DNA from: Octopus sinensis
Taxonomy: Eukaryota
NCBI RefSeq assembly: GCF_006345805.1
Contig: NC_042998.1
Location: forward strand, 150,288,001 to 150,352,000
Direction of reading: 5' to 3'
Length of the DNA stretch: 64,000 nucleotides
Positions within the stretch are counted from its first letter, which is position 1. Every line of letters starts with the position of its first letter. The position numbers and the translations under genes were made by a program. The notes under the pieces were generated by a model. The model saw only the letters and a program-made list of their open reading frames with translations, was not told the origin of the DNA and did not search any database. Positions 25,663 through 40,000 of this stretch are shown here, in pieces.

Positions 25663-26440
25663 TTATTTAAAGAGGATGGAAAGAAATTTTACAAGGAACT
25701 CGGTAAACAACAAATAAATTTTGAGCAACCGATATGGGAAAATAAAAAACAACGTAAAAAACTGTGCGGTCAGTTTGCAAGAGACACGAATGCCAAGACA
25801 CATATAGAAGACCTGTGGCTCTCGATGAGGAGGAGTGACCTGAAGATAGAGATAGATGCACTTACATGAGTAGCTTAAGAGAAAGCGTTAAGAACTAACT
25901 ATGTGGAGTGCAGAATAGACAACACTACCGACAAAGACAAATGCAGAATGTGTGGTGAGAGAGTATGGTACATCGTTAGCGAAAGCCCGAAATTAGCACA
26001 ACGCGAATACAAAATACGACATGACAATGTGGCAAGAATAATCCATTTGGAGCCCTGTGGAAATAACGGCCTACAATGAGCAAAGACCTAGTTTGAGCAA
26101 ACCCCAGAACAAGTCACCGAGAATGAGAATTGCGAAATCCTAAAGGATGCATTGATTCAGTGCGATCACCTGACCATACATCGGAAACCAGGCTTTGTTG
26201 TGGTGAAAGGAAAAAGAAAGAACATGTTTGATAATCGATATAGGATGCCCCGGTGACAACGGGATCAAAGAGAAATAAGAAAAACTGAGCAACTACGAAG
26301 ATTTGAAGTGGGAAATACGAAGGTTGTGGTCAATGAGGAGAGTAGAAGTGATAGCAATAGGAGAGTTCTCGGCATCTAAGGTTACTTGTATCCCGATGTT
26401 ATGATTCTTTCTCTTCTGTTGTATGTGAAGATAATAATAA
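25663..26440 (+). mobile_element. R4/Dong-like fragment (internally deleted; CCHC knuckle, RLE, 3' UTR)
   Basis: CRMCGERVWYIVSESPKLAQREYKIRHDNVA, RLE remnants, and an end at ATAATAATAAT. Confidence 0.8.
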
Positions 26441-26574
26441 TATTAACAATAGGAGCCTTCCGCCCTAAGAGTGACAATAAAAGCCTTCCATCCTAAGAGT
26501 GTACTAGTCCCGAAGAAAGAGTGGGTGGGGTTTTATCAGTTGCCAGGATTGTAAAGAAGCAGAGGAAAACAGCT

Positions 26575-26960
26575 TAGGGTGGTATGTAAAAATGCAATGG
26601 AAAAATTCTTGAAACATGTCAAGAAGACCGGCGTCGTTAAAACAAATAATCGCGTAATGAAGGAAAAACTTAAAGAGGCAAGGAACGCTAAAAAAGAAAC
26701 AGCATGGAAGGAGAAAAATGTGCGGTCAGTTTGCAAGATACACGAACGCCAAGACAGATGTAGGAGACCGGTGGCTCTGGATGAAGTGTAACCTGAAGAT
26801 AGAGATAGATGTAGCTTAAGAACAGGCGTAATGACTAGCTACGTGAAGTGCAGAATAGACTACACTACCGACAGCAACTAAAGCAGAATGCGTGATGGGA
26901 GGAGTGAAATGGTATGGCACATGGTTAGCGAATGCCTGAAAATGACACCACGCGAAGACA
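26575..26960 (+). mobile_element. Second partial copy of the same R4/Dong-like subfamily
   Basis: Aligns by eye with 25760-26000. Confidence 0.7.
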
Positions 26961-27039
26961 AACGACGAGTTTCCGAAGAAACTCTGGTTGTAACAGCGAA
27001 AATGAAGCTGGACCTTTAAAGGAAGGCCTCTCACACGTA

Positions 27040-30000
27040 GGTGGATCGGTAACGATGCAGACTGACCACAGCTGTCATCCTAATACAGCACCAGCTGATA
27101 ATAGAGCAAGGAGGAAATGAACCAGCGAAGAAAACAGGATAGTAATATAATGCTACTTAGAAAGTGAACCTAAAAGAAGGGGCTATATAAAACGGATGTT
27201 AACATTTTGGGTACAGAAGGGTATGTTTAAAGTGACTGAGCAGAGATTAGTTCATCAAGCTAATGTTATTAGAAGAATAAAGTGGACGTCAAAATTGGAG
27301 GCAGGGAACTGGAAAAGGGAACTGGAAAAGAAAAACCAGGTAGTAGGAAAGACAAACAACAACATAAGAGATACAGCTCAAACCAAAGATGAACCTACAG
27401 GAAAAAATTACAATAACGGTACCAATAAGGAATAGACAACTGGCACCAACGACATAAGGGATTTAAGTGAAGAAGATCAGAAGATTTTTGATGAGTTGCA
27501 GGAAGTAATGAGTAAAGAAGTAGGAGAAAGATTGCTAGCTTTAAAAGGCACCAGCAGAAGGAAGCTACGAGAAATAACTAGGAAAGTAGATTCTGTTATC
27601 AGCAGGATAAATACTAAAAACATAGGAGACACTAACTTATTGAGCTATGCAGGAGGGGTAGCAGTTACTAGAAGATTAGATATCTCAGAGGGAAAGGTTT
27701 AAAAAGAGCAAATATGGAAAAGGGGACTAAAAATAAAGTGAAGACATTAACATAAGATGTGAGTAGAATAGAGGCTCAGAACGCAAACAACTTAGGAAAC
27801 ACAAGACTCAAATCTTGCCTCGAACAAAGATACTTAGACAGAGAGAAAGGATTTGGGACAATAATAGAAGAGTTGAAACAGTGTATCATAGTAGTAGCAG
27901 TCAAGCACTCCATATATCAGAAAAGAATATATCAGTATCAAGAGAATAGATTATTTGAGACAGACCAGATGAGATTTTATAACCAAATAAAACGTTGAGA
28001 ACAAAGTACTGAAGATGAGAAGCCTAATGCAGAAGAGGCTAGAAAGTTCTGGAGTAATATTTAGGATAAGCCAGCCAATCATAATGGAGATGCAGTTTGG
28101 TTTAAAAAAGTGATGGAAGAAGTAGGGAGTGAGAAGCAGCCAAATCTAAGACTAACCTGTGCATCAATAAGTAAAGGGCTAGAAAAATTTCGAAATGGAA
28201 GAGCCCAAGACCAGATTTAGTTCAAGGATAATGGCTATAGAAATTTAGTAGTTTATATGGGAGGCTGAGAGGAGAACTTCAGAGTTGCCTTAATGGAGGA
28301 ATAATACCAGAATGGATGACTAGAGGGAGGACAATACTCATTATGAATGATAATGGTAATACAGCTAGCAACTATAGACCACTCACTTACATACCACTAG
28401 TGTGGAAGCTGTTAACAGGAATGATTTCAGAAAGCATTTACGGGAAGCTTGACAACCAGAATTTACTACCAGAAGAATAGAAAGGTTGCAAGAAGAATGC
28501 TAGAGGAACGCATGGTCTGTTATATATACAAAGCAGTTCTAAATGGAGTAAAAGCTAACAATAGTAAAGAAAAGTTTAACAATAGCATGGATTGATTACA
28601 GGAAAGCCTATGACATGATCCCGCGCTAATGGATAACTGAATGTTTGAGTATATTCAGTATAGTAGACGGCATAAGAGAATTAATTATCGGTAGCATGAA
28701 GAAATGGAAAGTAGAGCTCTACTCAAGTGACACAGTCTTAGGGAAAGTTAATATCAAAAGAGGAATATTCTAGGGATACTCTTTGTCTCTTTAAATATTT
28801 GTCTTAAATTTTATCTCCCTCAGTTTCGTATTAAGGAAGGCAAAGGCAGGATATCAGTTCAGATAGTAAGGGAAAAATTAACCATTTGCTTTACATGGAT
28901 GATCTGAAGCTTTTTAGTAAGAATGATAAATTTCCTAATACAGACAGTAAGACTCTTCAGCTAAGATATAGACATTAAATTTAGCATAGATAAGTGTGGA
29001 ATATTAGTCATGAGAAGTGGATAGGGCAACAGTGAAGACATCCAATTACCAGATGGCCAGGCATTAAAATCATTCAAAGGAGGAGAGAGAGTTATAAGTA
29101 TCTAGGAGTATTAGAATCTAACAAAGTACTAACTACAGAAATGAAAACGAAAAATGATGAGTACGTCAGAATGTTAAGGAAACTAATGAAATCAAAACTA
29201 ATATAGTGAAGGCTGTAAATACTTGGGCAGTATCATTACTTAGATACTCAGCAGGTTTTGTTGACTGGACAAAAACTGAATTAGCAAAGTTAGACAAAAG
29301 AACTAAGAAGGAATTCAATATGAATGGAGGACCCCACCCAAGGGTGAGGAGTAGCAAGATTATACCTACCTAGAAAGGGAGGCGGAAGAGGGTAAATATC
29401 AGTAGAAGACTGCGTGGTGTTATCTAGAGTAGATATAGACTCCTATGTAGGTAATAGAGAAAAAAGTGTATTAAAAGCTGCTCGATTCACAGCAAGACAT
29501 AGGGAAACCAAAACACCAAATGAACTTAGAAACCAGAAAAAAGAACAGAGGTTATCTGACTGGAAGGAGAAGGCAATGCATGGTAGATTCCCAGATATAG
29601 TTTCAGCAAATAGTAGTAGTGAGATATGGTTATAGTTGCAGAAAGGGAAGCTGACAAAGGAAACAAAAAGTTTGTTAGTAGCTGCTTAAGATCAAACATT
29701 AAGGACTAATTGGATAAAAGCCATGATAGACAAAAACCAAGTAGATTCCCAAAGTAGATTATGCAAATCAAAAGAGGAAAGAGTTACTCTTTATAGTAAG
29801 TGAATGTAGCATGCTGGAACAGAGAGAATACAAGAAAAGACATGACAACCTAGGGAGAGCAATCCACTAGAATCTATTTAGAAAGCTAGGATTTGAACAT
29901 ACTGGTAAATCGTATGAATATGAACCTAGCACAGTACTAGAAGGTAAGAAATATAAGATGCTGTGGAACTTTAACATTCAAACTGACAGAGTAATAAAAG

Positions 30001-30290
30001 CTAGACGGCCTGATTTGGTAGTAGATAAAGAGAATAGAAAGTACGAGGTAATTGAATTTATAGTCGCAAATGATGAAAAAATTAATATGAGAAGTATAGA
30101 AAAAGATAGCAAATTACCAAGAACTAGCTATTGAATTACAAAGACTATGGAAATCGTGGGTAAAATGTATCCCAGTACTTATAGGTGCATTAGGAACTAT
30201 CCCTAAAGATTTGAACAGATGGATAGATGAAATAGGCATAACACCCAATTTAGTACAGCTGCAGAAAACAGTGGTATTAGTGACAGCTAA
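27040..30290 (+). mobile_element. Near full-length degraded R4/Dong-like RLE retrotransposon
   Basis: N-terminal EPKRRGYIKRMLTFW..QRLVHQAN, RT motifs NYRPLTYIPLVWKLLTG, IKRGIF and NHLLYMDDLKLF, and RLE TDRVIKARRPDLVV. Many stops. Confidence 0.88.
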
Positions 30291-31508
30291 GATGGCAATA
30301 ACAATGAAAGTTGCTACAATTGGCCTAGACACCTACCTGAAAAACTCTGAGAACTGGATGTTAAAACTTGTCTCAAAACATGAAAACAAGAAAGCATCGT
30401 ACTCAGTAACAAAAACAGGCAAGGGTATATCTAAGTGAATTCCGAATTCAACAAATTCCGGAATTAGACACACAAGAAGCAAGCACAGAAAAAGCTAAGC
30501 GCATGAAAACCCGTGCTAAAACTGCTGCCTTAGATATTCTTACTGATAAATGGCAAGAAGAACCTCTCAATGGCAAATACCCAAAGAGAGTGAATAATGC
30601 AGATGTCGACAAAGCCCTGACCCATCAATGGCTAATGGCCTCTGGCTTAAAATCTGAAACAGAAGGGTTTATCATAGCAGCTCAAGATCAATACCTACCT
30701 ACAAGGAACTACCAGGCCAACATGTTAAAGAACGGCAGTAGCCCAACATATCGTGTATGTCAACAATAAAATGAAACCATTGACCATGTTGTCTCCAAGT
30801 GCAGTCTTCTTGCGCCTACAGAGTATCTCAACAGGCATGATAGAGCTGCACAATATATTCACTGGGTAATTTGCAGAAGCCTGGACTTGCCCCATGATAA
30901 AAACTGGTGGGAACATAAACCACCACCAGTGCTTGAAAATGACCACATCTCACTCCTCTGGAACTTCACCATTCAAACTGACAGAAAGATAGACGCGAAT
31001 AGGCCAGACATCATAGTAAAACACTTCAGACAAAGAACATGCCTCCTCATTGATATGACTGTCCCAATCGATATAAACGTATCTGTCAAGACCTACCAGA
31101 AACTGAGCAAATATAAAGATCTGGAAATAGAAATCAGCAAAATGTGGAACCTGAAGACTAAAACAATACCTGTTGTCATAGGTGCCCTGGGAATGAAAGC
31201 AAAAGGGGCTGATTGCTACCTAACTCAGATACCAGGAAACCCCAAAATGGCAGAAATTCAAAAGATAGTGCTCATGGGAACTGTTCATATCCTTCGCAAA
31301 ATACTTTCTTTGTAATCTCAAGTTTTAAAACAAACATAATTTTCGTATAGTTTTTTAGGCATTCACTAGTACAACACTAAGTACAAAACCAAATATATGG
31401 CACCCTAGGCATAACACCAACATGAACTTCCAACTTGCTGTCTCTTGAGGTCTCTGGGTGAGACTTGGAGCCAGCTTGTGCAAATGTAAAGCAAAAGTCA
31501 AACATAGA

Positions 31509-31510
<2 letters not shown>
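30291..31510 (+). mobile_element. 5'-truncated, relatively young R4/Dong-like element with RLE ORF and 3' UTR, followed by (AAT)n
   Basis: ORFs 30503-30769 and 30887-31315 (WNFTIQTDRKIDANRPDIIV...LIDMTVP...KLSKYKDLEIEI). The 3' UTR ends directly at (AAT)n 31510-31790. Confidence 0.9.
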
Positions 31511-31579
<69 letters not shown>

Positions 31580-31597
31580 GTGATAATGATAATAATG

Positions 31598-31649
<52 letters not shown>

Positions 31650-31714
31650 GGATAAAAATGATAATAATGATAATAATAATAATAATGATAAAAATGATAA
31701 TAATAATAATAATG

Positions 31715-31781
<67 letters not shown>

Positions 31782-31795
31782 TAACAATGGTTTAA
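31510..31795. repeat. (AAT)n microsatellite with GAT variants
   Basis: Direct reading. Confidence 0.95.
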
Positions 31796-32456
31796 AATTT
31801 TTGCACAAGGCCAGCAAGTTAGGGGCTGAGGATTAGTCAATTATATTCACCCTTCCAAACTAAACATATCCTCAAACATTTCACTCAATACATTATCTTG
31901 AGAATTGCAACTTCACGTCACATTATTTGCTTGAGTTTACCAAACACACATACATCAGTGTACAGAATTTCAAAGCCAAAAATCAGTTGCATGGATCCAC
32001 AAATTTGGAAGTGCATAAACAGAACGTGGACAGCACTCTTTCTCCAGAAATGAAAATATTCCATAGAAATTTAACATAAAGACAACATACCCGGCATGAT
32101 TTTCACAGACGTTCATGAAATTAAAAATGATATTAACAATTCAGATTTCAATACTTAATCATTGTCGTGCAGAAACGAGGTGAAAGACTAAGAAACTGTA
32201 CTTGAATTCTCCGGTAGAAAACATTATGCTATGTAATAAATGCCATTATTCTAATTGTTAAGGCTACAACGGAAATAGTAAACAATGACTTTTGCGAAGA
32301 CATTGCCAGGCTAGTTATACTTTAAGACATAGTCACGTTCCAGAGAATATGATACAAGAGGTTGTAAGTAGTAGAGACCATTCTCACAAAGCATTTGTAA
32401 ACCTTGAATATATTTTGTGATATAAGAAGTGAAATCCTTGAGATAGTACCCACTTT

Positions 32457-32540
<84 letters not shown>

Positions 32541-32596
32541 GTAATAATAATAGCAACAACAACAAAAATAACAACAACAACAATAATAATAATAAT

Positions 32597-32905
32597 GCAA
32601 GAATGTGGGCAATGAGGAGAGTGTCTGTCATCCCAGTAGTTGTAGGTGCACTCGGAGCGCTAACAACCAGGTTATGTCGGAGAAATTGGAATTGATATGA
32701 GGGCAGAGCAGGCCCCCAAAAATTGTTCTATAGGGGAGAAGCTAAGATTTTTATAATGGTACTTGGGTGTTGAGTGTCTTCCGCGATAAGTTATCATCCA
32801 GGTACCAAAGCTTATGATTTGCGGAAAGAGACTCTGTGAGACCTCTGACAAGTTGTTGTCCGCTCTCACATAATCATTTAGAACTCTGTGAAATAAAATT
32901 TAAAA
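32597..32905 (+). mobile_element. Short R4/Dong-like 3' remnant between two (AAT)n tracts
   Basis: VSVIPVVVGALG-like coding remnant plus UTR, with (AAT)n at 32460-32595 and ~32906-32940. Confidence 0.6.
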
Positions 32906-32939
32906 AATAATAATAATAACAACAACAACAATAATAATA

Positions 32940-35935
32940 CGTTATTCCACATGTCACGCAGATAAAATCAAAAAAGCATAAATGGACATGTGAGGAATAT
33001 ACTTCAATACTACACGCTTATTTTACAGCAGTGTTCTATCCACAGAACGAAAACATAACAACATATACATGTAAAATCTGGAAGAAAAATAACCTATATA
33101 AAAATTTAGATTCAGCAATGAACCCTAAACAAACAAAATAAAACATATCAGAAATAGAAATAGAATACTTAAAAGGAAAAATACATCAGGAAAACGTAGA
33201 CACTGCAATGACAAATAATATCATAAGCACTGGGACTGAAAAACACGAAGACAGAATTAACATGTCCAACGAAAACGAAGTACACAACAAAAGTCAACAA
33301 ACGCAGACTGTAGGAATAGTGAGCAAAATGCATCAAAGCAGAACACCACAAACAAATGTACGAACCAGGAGGAAATATGAAACAAATCTGAAACCCGGAA
33401 ACAGCGAAGGTGAAACTAATGATTATGATACTCTAAAAATGAGTATAAACAAAGAATTGAAAGCTAAAGATCTCAATATGGAACACCGATTATACCTCCC
33501 AAAACTTAAACTTGATTATAAAACCGCATCAATAATAAATAGCATAAACCTGGCCGTCACAGAACTAATAGGCACAGAAGCAAATGTCAATATGACTAGG
33601 TTAAATTAGATAATATATGCAGCAGCCTCTGTGGCCACAAAAGAAGCTGGATACCCTCTAAAACCCAAACAAGCGGGAGCATCAACACCCAGACAAGTGT
33701 TGTGGATAAATAATATCCAGAAAAGAATAGAAAATAAGAGAAAGAATCTGTCAATCGTTAACGAAACTAGTAGCCAAACAGCATTACTAAGCAACAAGAA
33801 GAGAAGAAGAATACTTCGTAAATACAAAATTACAGAACAAGGTATACCTGAGGTAAAAGAACAGCTAAAACAAGATATCCTTGCCAAAGCACAAAGAATC
33901 CACGGTATGAGAAACGCCAACGATTCGTTGAACAAAACAAACAGTTCAAGACCAACCCCAAAAGATTCTACCAAGAACTTGGCAAAAATAAAATACAGAT
34001 CAATGCAGCACCAACAGCAGAAGAAGTGGAAGAATTCTGGAAAAACATATGGTTGGCGAAGGAACAACCTTAGAAAAGATCTATCAAAACAATGAACACA
34101 GCACCTAAACAACTCTGGATTCCTCTAACAACTGAAGAGGTCACCCAAGCACTGCAAAAACTTAGTAACTAGAAGGCACCCGGGCGCGACAAGGTTCCCA
34201 ACTTCTCGTTAAAATATCTAAAAAAAACTGGCTGAAAAATTTAATGAAATACTAACAGAGCCAGAGACAATGCCTGAATGGCTTATAGAAGGGAAAACTA
34301 TCCTAATACCCAAATCCACTGAAACGGCAAACCCACAAAATTACAGACCGATAACTTATCTCTCTACAATTTACGAAGCCTTTACTGCAATATCGCATAG
34401 AATGAGCAAACATCTAGAAGAAAACAACTTATTTCTAGGAGAGCAGAAAGGATGCTACAAGGGCTCATACGGCTGTAAAGATCAGCTACTGATCAATAAA
34501 GCCATAAGTGAAGACAGCTGCAGAAAGAAGAAGGGTCTAAGTATGGCCTGGATCGATATTACCTAAAGGGTTTTGATAGTATTCCTCACACATGGATCCT
34601 AGAAACACTAGCCATGAACAAGGTAGTACCAATAATCATAAAATATATAAAACATTCCATTAATAAATGACAGACAGTGCTACAGCTCCAGACAAAAGAG
34701 GGACTCATAAAAAGCCATCCCAATTAGAAAAGGAATATTTCAGGGAGACGCGCTCTCTCCACTCCTTTTCTGCTTGGCACTGACACCTTTACCTAACATG
34801 CTAGACAGAACTGGGTGTGGATACAACAATTACGGCAAAACAATCAGCCATCTCTTGTATATGGATGATCTAAAACTACGCTACAAATGATAAACAGCTA
34901 GAAACATTACTACAGGCAGTACATGGATTTACCAAAGAAATAAACGTGAAATTTGGCTTAGAAAAATGTATCAAAGCAACCTTGAAAAGAGGAAAACTAG
35001 TTAAGAGTAGCAACATCACACTAGATAAAGCAAATGAGATAAAAAAATTAGACCAAAGCCAGGCATACAAATACTTAGGAATCAACGAACTAGATACGAT
35101 ACAGCACACACAAATGAGAGAGAAAATAAACAAGGAATACTATAGACGAGTTAGATTAATACTGAAAACAGAGTTCAATGGGAAAAACAAGATAATAGGT
35201 ATCTAGCCGTCCCAGTTGCAACTACAATATTCTTAACTGAACTCGAAATGAACTAATCAAAATAGACAGGAAAACAAAAAAAATAATGACTGGATTTAGG
35301 ATGCACCACCCAAAATCTGACATAGAAAGGCTATATATAGAACGTATTGAAGGTGGCAGAGGCCTTATACAGCGAGAAAACTATTGCAAAATAACCACCA
35401 TGAGACTATAGAAATACCTACTTCAGAAGCAAGGAAAACTAATACAAATAGCAACAAAACACAAACAAAACAAAAAACTGCTTTCACTCTTTAAAGCGAT
35501 CATAATACTTAACAACTATGAAGAAAAAGAAGAAACAACTGGAGCAGCAACGGATCATGTTAAAACGATGGCAACAAAAGCCCCTTCATGGCAAATATTG
35601 GGTTTAGCTAAACAGAAAAGAAATAGACAAAGCAAAATCCCAACAATCGTTGAGAAACTCAAGACTCAAAGCAAAGACTGAAGGATTTTTAATTGCAGCA
35701 CAAGATCAAAGCCTTCCCACCAGAAATCACCAAAAACACGTAATGAAAAGAAATACAAGTAACTGCAGAATATGTGGAAATGGAGAATAAACAATAAATC
35801 ATATTGTCTCTGGCTGCCCAGTACTAGCTAAGAAGGAATATGTTCACAGACACGACAGTGTTGGAACCTATACACACTGAAAGTTATGCCAACACTATGG
35901 AATAACAACAGAAAAAAAGATGGTATAGGCACACT
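32940..35935 (+). mobile_element. Degraded R4/Dong-like element (different subfamily), N-terminus to zinc knuckle
   Basis: ORFs 33208-33609, 33631-34095, 34270-34566 (PEWLIEGKTILIPK...NYRPIT) and 34946-35206; SHLLYMDDLKL at ~34850; CRICG knuckle at ~35765. Confidence 0.88.
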
Positions 35936-38485
35936 GAGCAAAGATACACGTTGCTTCGAGTAAAGATAATTAGACAAAGAGAAACGATTTGGGACAATAA
36001 TAGAAGAGTTGAAACAGCGCATCTTAGGAGTAGTAGGCAAGCTCTCTAGATATCCAAAAAGTTCAGTATCAACAGAATAGATTATGTGAGACAGACCAGA
36101 GGAGATTTTATAGCCAAATGGTTAGTAGAGAACGAAGAGCCGAAGATGAGAAACCTAATGGAGATGCAGTTTGGTTAAAGAATATGAGGGAGGAAGTAGT
36201 GAGTGAGAAGCAGCCAAATCTAAGACTAGCCTGTGCATCAATAAGTAAAGGGTTAGAAAAATTTCGAAATGGAAGAGCCCAAGACCAGATTTAGTTCAAG
36301 GATAATGGCTATAGAAATTTAGTAGTTTATATGGGAGGCTGAGAGGAGAACTTCAGAGTTGCCTTAATGGAGGAATAATACCAGAATGGATGACTAGAGG
36401 GAGGACAATACTCATTATGAATGATAATGGTAATACAGCTAGCAACTATAGACCACTCACTTACATACCACTAGTGTGGAAGCTGTTAACAGGAATGATT
36501 TCAGAAAGCATTTACGGGAAGCTTGACAACCAGAATTTACTACCAGAAGAATAGAAAGGTTGCAAGAAGAATGCTAGAGGAACGCATGGTCTGTTATATA
36601 TACAAAGCAGTTCTAAATGGAGTAAAAGCTAACAATAGTAAAGAAAAGTTTAACAATAGCATGGATTGATTACAGGAAAGCCTATGACATGATCCCGCGC
36701 TAATGGATAACTGAATGTTTGAGTATATTCAGTATAGTAGACAGAATAAGAGAATTAATTATCGGCAGCATGAAGAAATGGAAAGTAGAGCTCTACTCAA
36801 GTGACACAGTCTTAGGGAGAGTTAATATCAAAAGAGGAATATTCCAGGGGTACTCGTTGTCCCCTTTAATATTTGTCTTAGATTTTATTTCCCTCAGTTT
36901 CCTATTAAGGAAGGCAAAGGCAGGATATCAGTTCAGAAATAGTAAGGGAAAAACTATTTGCTCTACATGGATGATCTGAAGCTTTTAGTAAGAATGAAAA
37001 AGTGATAAATTCCTTAATACAGACAGTCATACTCTTCAGCAAAGCTATAGGCATGAAATTTAGCATAGATAAGTGTGGAATTTTAGTTATGAGTAGGAGA
37101 CAGGTAGTCAGCAGCAAAGGCATCGAAATACGTGATGGCAAGACATTAAAATGACTCAAAGGAGGAGAGAGAGTTATGAGTATCTAGGAGTATTAGAATC
37201 TGACGGAGTAGTCACTACTGTAATGAAAACGAAATTTGAGATGGTGTACATCAGAAGGGTGAGGAATTTAATGAGGTCTAGACTAAATGGTCCAAATCTA
37301 GTGAAGGCTGTAAGTACTTTGGAAGCATCATTACTGACAGAACTTGACAGAAGAGCAAGGATGGAATTCTATATCAATGAAGGATCCCACACAAGGGCAG
37401 GACTAGCAAGATTATATCTACCTAGAAAGGAAGGCGGAAGAGGGTTAATATAAATGGAAGACTGCGTGGAGTTATCTAGAGTAGATATGGACTCCTTTGT
37501 AGGCAACAGTCAAGAAAGTTTATTAAAAGCAGTTAGAGTCACAGCAAAGTATAGGAAAACCAAAAGACCAAACGATCTTAAAAGCCAGAAGAAAGAACAG
37601 ATATTATTTGACTGGTAGGAGAAGTCGTTGCATGGTAGATTCCAAAAGATAGTTTCAGCAAATAGTAGTAGTGAGACATGGTTATGGTTGAAAAAAGGAA
37701 AGCTGAAAAGGGAGACAAAGTTTGTTAGTAGCTGCACAAGAACAAGCATTTAGGACTAATTGGATAAAAACCAAGATATTCAAAAACCAAGTAGATTCCC
37801 AATGTAGATTATGAAAATCAAAAGAGAAAAACGTTACTCATATAGTAAGTGAATGTAGTATTCACAAAGAATACCAGAAAGGATATGACAGCCTAGGGAG
37901 AGTAATCCACTGGGAGTTATGTAAGAAGCTAGGATTTGAACACATTGATAAATGGTATGAATATGAACCTAGTAAAGTACTAGAAAGTAAGAAATACAAG
38001 ATATTGTGGACCTTAACATTCAGACTGATAGAGTAATAAAAGCTAGAAGGCTTGATTTGATTATAGTAGTGGATAAAGAGAATAGAAAGTGCCAGACTTT
38101 ATACTCCCAATGATGAAAAAATTAATGAGAAGTATACTTCTCATATTATAAAATAGCAAATTACCAGGACCTAGTTATTGAATTACAGAGACTATGGAAA
38201 GTGCGGGTATAATATATCCTTGTAGTTATAGGTGCATTGGGAACTATCCCTAAAGATTCGAATTGATGGATAAAGGAAATAGATGTAAAATCCAGTTTAG
38301 TACAGCTGCAAAAAACAGTGTTATTAGGAACAGCTAGGATACTTAGGATGGTCCTTGGCATCTAAGGTTACTTGCCGTGTAACCTAATTGCAGAGTTCTT
38401 GGGATCTGAGGCTACTTATTGTAGCCCGATGTTAGAATTCTTTTCTTTTCCAACAGTCTAATCTTTTTAGTGTATATGAAAATAA
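35936..38485 (+). mobile_element. Second copy of the 27040-30290 R4/Dong-like subfamily, with 3' UTR
   Basis: Colinear with ~27800-30290 and includes a 489-bp identical tract; ORFs 36719-36979 and 37151-37453. Confidence 0.88.
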
Positions 38486-38569
38486 TATTGATGATGATGA
38501 TGACGACGACGATGATGATGATGCGGAGGAGGAGGAGGAGAAGGAGGAGAAGGAGGGGATATTAACAAA

Positions 38570-38611
<42 letters not shown>

Positions 38612-38613
<2 letters not shown>

Positions 38614-39371
38614 AAATAAAGTACATGAATTTACCAAAGAAATAAATATGAAATTTGGATTAGAAAAGTGCGCCAAAGCAATCCTCAAACAAGGAAAACG
38701 AGTAGTAACATCACGCTAGATAAAGCCAATGAAATAAGAGAATTAGACCAAAGCCAAACATACAAATATTTAGGAATCCATGAACTAGATAAGACACAAC
38801 ACACACAAATGAAAGAGAAAATAAAAAAAGGAATATTATAGACGAGTCAGATCAATACTGAAAACAGAGCTCAATGCTAAAAACAAGATAATAGGTATCA
38901 ACACTTTAGCCGTCCCAGTTATAAGTTACAGCTACAATATCCTTAACTGGACACTAAATGAACTGACTAAAATAGATAGCAAAACAAGAAAAATAATGAC
39001 AGGATCTAGGATGCACCACCCAAAATCTAACATAGAAAGGCTATATATACAACATATAGAAGGTGGTAGAGGCCTTATACAGCTGGAAAACTATTATAAA
39101 ATAACCACCATAGGATGGCAAAGATATCTACTTCAGAAGCGAGGAAAACTGATACAAATAGCGGCAAAACATGAGGAAAACAAAAAAACTGTTCTCAGTA
39201 TTTAAGGAAGCTGACAAATACAAACAAGAAATCATACTATTTAACAAATATGAAGAAGAAGAAGAAGAAGAAGAAGAAGAAGAAGAAGAAGAAGAAGAAG
39301 AAGAAGAAGAAGAAGAAGAAGAAGAAGAAGAAGAAGAAGAAGAAGAAGAAGAAGAAGAAGAAGAAGAAGAA
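38612..39371 (+). mobile_element. R4/Dong-like fragment (same subfamily as 34920-35540) ending in (GAA)40
   Basis: MKFGLEKCAKA, YKYLGI and HHPKSNIERLY motifs. It starts right after (AAT)n at 38570-38611. Confidence 0.85.
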
Positions 39372-39582
39372 GCTATTAATGACAAAGTTTCGTGTAAATC
39401 TGATAGAACTCCACTGTCATTTTGTTCAGCCTATCCACACCCCAGGGTGGGATGCGAATCATCTATAAATATAATTTGTCTTCGTGTGATTTTGAGTACT
39501 GAAAACTCATAGAATATTTTATGAGAATACGAACAAGTGAAACTTGTAAACAGATTTATGTTATTCGTGTATCTTTCATGAC

Positions 39583-39629
<47 letters not shown>

Positions 39630-39654
39630 GTAATAATAATAGTAATAATAATAA

Positions 39655-39722
<68 letters not shown>

Positions 39723-40000
39723 ATACAAATAAAAAAGATGCGTTGGCATCGTTAGTAACTTGTATACTGACTACAAGAAAAACATCGAAATGTCAAACCG
39801 CGTAAGTTATATCCACATAACTTGAAACTAACACCACGAATTACAAGAAATTCTGTTAAAAATAAAATAAACCACAAAATGAGACGATGACTTCAACATT
39901 ACCACAATTATAATCATAATAGTATCGACGCCTAGAAGCAGTTCACAAGGAAGACGCTACGTAATTGTGCGACTTGCTATGAATAGCAACCAAATCTTGC

